Origin: Nitrospirota bacterium
GTDB taxonomy: Bacteria; Nitrospirota; UBA9217
DNA length: 64,000 bases
Assembly: GCA_963740085.1 (NCBI GenBank)
Contig: CAVUCU010000004.1
Span: 64,001-128,000, forward strand
Direction: 5' to 3'
The notes beneath the pieces are model-generated. The model saw only the letters and a program-made list of their open reading frames with translations, did no database searches and was not told where the DNA came from. How positions within the stretch are numbered: the stretch's first letter is position 1; each line of letters opens with the position of its first letter. Made by a program: the position numbers and the translations under genes. This document shows, piece by piece, positions 60,334 to 64,000 of this stretch.

Positions 60334-61736
60334 AACAGACGATTCTTATTGTTGACGACAATCCGGATATGACCCGCTTGCTTGAGAGGCTCATCGGAAA
60401 TACGCTGCATCTGGAAACCCTATCCGCGGGCAGCGCAGCGGCGGCTCTGCGGATTCTCCAGGAGAAAACCATCAACTGCCTGCTTGTTGACATGAAGATG
60501 CCGGGCATGGACGGCATGGAGCTCATGCGGCGCATCAAGGAAAAGGACGCTTCCCTCCCCGTGATAATAATGACGGCCTATGGCGCCATCGAAACGGCCG
60601 TGGCCGCTATGAAAGAGGGGGCCTATGACTTCGTCACCAAGCCGTTCGAGGAGGAGCGGTTATTGCATACGGTGCGGAGGGCGATGGAGCATGAGAATCT
60701 CCTCCGGAGGAACCTGGACCTTGAAAGAAGGATCAGGGAGAAAGAACGGGAGACTTTCTTTGTCGGTGAGTCACCCCGGATGAAACAACTAATCGATACA
60801 ATTAAGCTGGTGGCCGGGACCGACGTGACCGTACTTATCACGGGCGAAACGGGGACCGGCAAGGAACTGGCGGCACGCATGATCCACAATCTTAGCAACA
60901 GGACCGGTAAACCTTTTGTGGCGGTCAACTGTCCGGCAATCCCTGAAACCATCTTAGAAAGCGAACTTTTCGGTTATCGCAAAGGTGCATTTACCGGTGC
61001 CAACTCTGACCGGGAAGGGCTTTTTCAGGCGGCACAGGGTGGGACCTTGCTCCTGGACGAGATAGGCGACATATCCTCCTCTTTGCAGGCAAAGCTCCTG
61101 AGGGTGCTGCAGGAAAGAGAACTGAAGCCATTAGGCGATACCATAACCCGGAGGGTGGATGTAAGGGTCATCGCCGCCACAAACAGGGACCTGCAGGGTA
61201 ATGTTGCCGCGGGGCTTTTCAGGTCCGACCTTTACTACCGGCTTAATGTCGTTTCGGTCAAGACGCCGCCACTCAGGGACATACCGGAAGATATACCACT
61301 CATCGCCTACCACTTTCTATCCCTGTTTTGCAGCGAGCTTGGATTGGGCCAAAAGAGGTTGACGGAAGAAGCAATACAGTTTCTTGTTTCCAGCCAGTGG
61401 AAAGGCAATGCCCGGGAACTTCAGAACGAGATAAAACGGGCGGTAATCTTTTCAAAAAGCGACCTGCTTGCGCCCGGGGATTTCGGTTCCCGCGTGGAAC
61501 TGATCACTTCGCGAAATGACGCCAATGAGACCGACAACCTCGATTACCGGGAGGCAAAGAAAAAGGTACTCGCTGCATTTAATAGTAACTATATTTCAAA
61601 CCTGCTGCGCCGCACAGGGGGAAATGTTTCCTCAGCCGCTCAGTCTGCGGGGATAGAACGCCAATCGCTCCAGCACCTTATGAGGAAGTATGGCATAGCC
61701 TCCGCCCAGTTTAGAAAAGATGAAGAAAATAAATAA
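60330..61736 (+). CDS. sigma54-dependent (NtrC-family) response regulator
   Basis: REC domain, GETGTGKE, ESELFG, GAFTGA, DLYYRL, WKGNAREL, Fis-type HTH. Confidence 0.95.
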   Translation: MKQTILIVDDNPDMTRLLERLIGNTLHLETLSAGSAAAALRILQEKTINCLLVDMKMPGMDGMELMRRIKEKDASLPVIIMTAYGAIETAVAAMKEGAYDFVTKPFEEERLLHTVRRAMEHENLLRRNLDLERRIREKERETFFVGESPRMKQLIDTIKLVAGTDVTVLITGETGTGKELAARMIHNLSNRTGKPFVAVNCPAIPETILESELFGYRKGAFTGANSDREGLFQAAQGGTLLLDEIGDISSSLQAKLLRVLQERELKPLGDTITRRVDVRVIAATNRDLQGNVAAGLFRSDLYYRLNVVSVKTPPLRDIPEDIPLIAYHFLSLFCSELGLGQKRLTEEAIQFLVSSQWKGNARELQNEIKRAVIFSKSDLLAPGDFGSRVELITSRNDANETDNLDYREAKKKVLAAFNSNYISNLLRRTGGNVSSAAQSAGIERQSLQHLMRKYGIASAQFRKDEENK

Positions 61737-61851
61737 TGGCTTATTATTTTCCGCCTCCTTAAATGCTAAAAGGAGTTTGTTTTTTATTTAGACGCCATAT
61801 AATAGAAGATAATATATAAACATGACCACTTTTATGCGAAAGATCATTAAG

Positions 61852-61949
61852 CAGTCGTTGACAATCGAAAGTCCACTATGATATAGTGCACCCGTTGTTG
61901 TCGCTGAGAAGCGTGTACCTCAAGTGGGGTGTCCTTCCTCCGGCACCAT
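61852..61949 (+). repeat. ~100-bp att-like element: promoter plus tRNA-Leu 3' end (copy B)
   Basis: TTGACA, 18-nt spacer, TATAGT ... GTCCTTCCTCCGGCACCAT; homologous to 52105-52204. Confidence 0.85.
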
Positions 61950-61959
61950 GTGGTAAACA

Positions 61960-62085
61960 GCAAATTCCAAATTACGAATCCCGAATAAATTCCAATTATC
62001 AAATTTCAATGACCCGGAGTCAGAAATTTGGTCTTTGATTCTTCTCTGAGCTTATTGGCGATTTGGTGCTCGTTATCTGGAATTT
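61960..62085. repeat. Heptamer-unit inverted repeat (gene-less)
   Basis: CAAATTC CAAATTA CGAATCC CGAATAA ... GATTTGG TGCTCGT TATCTGG AATTT. Confidence 0.7.
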
Positions 62086-62094
62086 CCCCATCGT

Positions 62095-62823
62095 ATGAAA
62101 AAAATACTCATCATAGTGCTCCTTGCCCTTCTCGCCGGGTGCGCGACAAAAGAACCACCCTTCAACGCGGTGGCCGTATTCAAGGCAGCCGAAGAGAACA
62201 TGCGCACGCAATCGTTCGAAAAGGCGCGCAAGGGGTACCAGCAGATCCAGGAACGGTCTCCGGACAAGAGCTATGACGCTGACCTGATGCTTCGTGTCGC
62301 GGACACCTACTACGGCGAGGAGAAATACAGCGAGGCGCTGGTCGAGTACCAGGCCTTCCTGAACTACCATCCCGTGCACAAGGACGCGCCGTACGCCCAG
62401 TACCAGATCGCGATGTGCAACTACCAGGACCTCTCCACCATTGACCGTGACCCCGCGCCCGCCCATGCCGTGATCAGAGAGATGCGAAAGCTCATGGAAA
62501 AATATCCGCACAGCGGCTACGAAGAGCAGGCGAGAAAATATATTGCCATCTGCACGGACTGGATCGCGGAGTACGAACTTTACGTTGCGCATTTCTACTA
62601 CAAAAAGGGGTCCTACAAGGCGGCTGTGGGAAGGTGCGAGAACCTTTTGAAGGAATACCCGGGCTCGAGCTCGGAGAAGGACGCGCTCTATTATGCGGGT
62701 CTTTCGTATCAGGAACTTGGCGAGAAGGACCTGGCGCGCGCCAGGTTCGAGACACTCGCGCAGAAATATCCGGCCATGAAGACAACGGCGCTGTCCCACA
62801 TCCAACACCTGCACCTGCAATGA
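62095..62823 (+). CDS. bamD: Outer membrane protein assembly lipoprotein BamD
   Basis: Lipobox LAGC, TPR repeats, FLNYHP, DRDP, YELYVAHFY.KKGSYKAA..R. Confidence 0.9.
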   Translation: MKKILIIVLLALLAGCATKEPPFNAVAVFKAAEENMRTQSFEKARKGYQQIQERSPDKSYDADLMLRVADTYYGEEKYSEALVEYQAFLNYHPVHKDAPYAQYQIAMCNYQDLSTIDRDPAPAHAVIREMRKLMEKYPHSGYEEQARKYIAICTDWIAEYELYVAHFYYKKGSYKAAVGRCENLLKEYPGSSSEKDALYYAGLSYQELGEKDLARARFETLAQKYPAMKTTALSHIQHLHLQ

Positions 62824-63461
62824 AATTTTACCCCGTATATCTGGACCTTCGCGATCGGCCCTGCGCGGTCATCGGCGGCGGAGCGGTGGCCGAACGCAAG
62901 ACGCTCGCGCTCCTTGAAGCCGGGGCCGATGTGACGATCATAAGTCCGGCGCTCACTCCAAAACTGAAAGGTTTTTCCGACGCCGGAAAGATCACCCATT
63001 CTAAAAAACAGTATGAAGAAAGCGACCTCTCCGGCGTGTTCCTCGTGATCGCTGCTACGCCTTCGGTCGAGGTGAACACCCTCGTGGCGCGTGCATGCAG
63101 GAAGAGGCATGTGCTGGTCAATGTAGCGGTGCCTCCGGAGGAGAGCAGCTTTATCGTACCCTCGGTGGTGGAGCGAGGAGATCTTTTGATCGCGGTCTCC
63201 ACGAGCGGCGCAAGTCCGGCGCTGGCGAAGAAGATCAGACAGGACATCGAACAAAGGTATGGCGCGGAGTACGGGCTTTTCCTTGATAAAATGTCGGCGA
63301 TCCGTCATCGGGTACTTGAAAAGGTCCCTGATGGACGGAAAAGACATGAGGTGTTTCAGGAGCTCGTGGACTCCGATGTCATCGATCTCATCCGTCTCGG
63401 AAAGACGCACGAGGCGGAGCTGCGAATGGCTGAGATCGCGGGATTGAAGCACCGGGTGTAA
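62820..63461 (+). CDS. sirC: Precorrin-2 dehydrogenase / sirohydrochlorin ferrochelatase (CysG N-terminal type)
   Basis: YPVYLDL, VIGGGAVAERK, IAVSTSGASPALA; ATGA overlap with bamD. Confidence 0.9.
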   Translation: MKFYPVYLDLRDRPCAVIGGGAVAERKTLALLEAGADVTIISPALTPKLKGFSDAGKITHSKKQYEESDLSGVFLVIAATPSVEVNTLVARACRKRHVLVNVAVPPEESSFIVPSVVERGDLLIAVSTSGASPALAKKIRQDIEQRYGAEYGLFLDKMSAIRHRVLEKVPDGRKRHEVFQELVDSDVIDLIRLGKTHEAELRMAEIAGLKHRV

Positions 63462-63501
63462 GGGCAGTACTCGGTCATTTATTAGTTAAATTTTATCGTA
63501 A

Positions 63502-63620
63502 CTACTCAGATGTGGCCGCAAAAGAACGCAAGGAACTCAAAGAAAAAACCTGAATCCATGTATTTCAGTTTTAATTCTCTCTGCGATCCTTCGCGGCAAA
63601 CGGATTTTGACCTGAGTAGA
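63502..63620. repeat. Gene-less nested inverted repeat (~9-mer type)
   Basis: CTACTCAG..GCCGCAAAAGAACGCAAGGAACTCAAAG ... CTCTCTGCGATCCTTCGCGGC..CTGAGTAG. Confidence 0.65.
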
Positions 63621-63729
63621 GACAATCTTTCTAACGGCTATGCTCCTTTCTTCGGTTGGCTCTGTCGTCTGGTCCAACCGGTCCATAATCAAGAAAGTGA
63701 GGATGGCCTTTTTCGATTTTGACCTTTCG

Positions 63730-63751
63730 GTTCCGGCTTGTCCGGGTTAGG
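63730..63751 (+). repeat. 22-bp dispersed repeat, copy 2
   Basis: GTTCCGGCTTGTCCGGGTTAGG. Confidence 0.6.
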
Positions 63752-63758
63752 GGAAAGT

Positions 63759-64000
63759 ATGAAGTCTGCAGATCAAAAAAAAGGATCATCGACCTGGCAG
63801 AATGAAGTGAAGCGTGTTGCCGCAGGCGTCCGGAAACGCGTGCTGGAACATACGATCATGAACAACGGGGGTTATCTCTCACAGGCCTGTTCATCGGCGG
63901 AGATCCTGGCGACGCTCTACGTGAAGATCATGGACCTCGGCACGATCAAGGCCCCACTCGTGCCCCTGCCGTTCCCGGGAGTGCCTGGCCCGAACAACCC
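63759..64000 (+). CDS. Transketolase N-terminal (TPP-binding) subunit, partial
   Basis: Manual translation MKSADQKKGSSTWQNEVKRVAAGVRKRVLEHTIMNNGGYLSQACSSAEILATLY, open to the window end. Confidence 0.7.
   Translation, partial: MKSADQKKGSSTWQNEVKRVAAGVRKRVLEHTIMNNGGYLSQACSSAEILATLYVKIMDLGTIKAPLVPLPFPGVPGPNN

Larger units (their letters stand above)
49288..61949. mobile_element. Tandem genomic island region at the tRNA-Leu 3' end, no integrase
   Basis: tRNA 3'-end direct repeats at 49270-49288, 52186-52204, 52243-52260 and 61931-61949; accessory cargo between them; housekeeping bamD resumes after. Confidence 0.75.

Noticed and set aside
1873-62085. Periodic intergenic repeats as a CRISPR array
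   Set aside because: Units are 7-10 nt, degenerate and inverted, with no constant 23-47 nt repeat separated by unique spacers and no cas genes.

Overview
Chromosomal window from a Gram-negative, probably anaerobic bacterium. Gene content and order suggest Nitrospirota or Desulfobacterota; this is inference, not a database result. Most of it is conserved housekeeping backbone: iscR-iscS-iscU-tusA, yhaM-ftsY-zapA-6S RNA-rarA-rny-ymdB-xseA, xseB-ispA-dxs-tlyA, PBP1A-ileS-lspA-lgt-rluD, rlmN-like, dtd, tRNA-Leu(CAG), bamD-sirC and the start of a transketolase. Four accessory signals stand out. (1) A dispersed family of intergenic inverted repeats is built from degenerate 7-mer or roughly 9-mer units. 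Two copies enclose a small lower-GC ORF (a four-helix-bundle gene and a GxxExxY gene); the rest are gene-less. (2) An integrase-free tandem of cargo blocks sits at the tRNA-Leu 3' end, and two blocks end in the same ~100-bp element made of a promoter plus the tRNA 3' end. (3) A Crp/Fnr gene, a perfect FNR box and a GEMM-I riboswitch with the A-variant typical of 3',3'-cGAMP sensors (ON-switch terminator) precede four secreted or surface proteins. (4) A HEAT-repeat / HD-GYP gene pair sharing an unnamed N-terminal domain lies between xseA and xseB. Four single-base indels in otherwise intact genes suggest consensus errors in the assembly. No CRISPR array, rRNA or intact integrase/transposase was seen.
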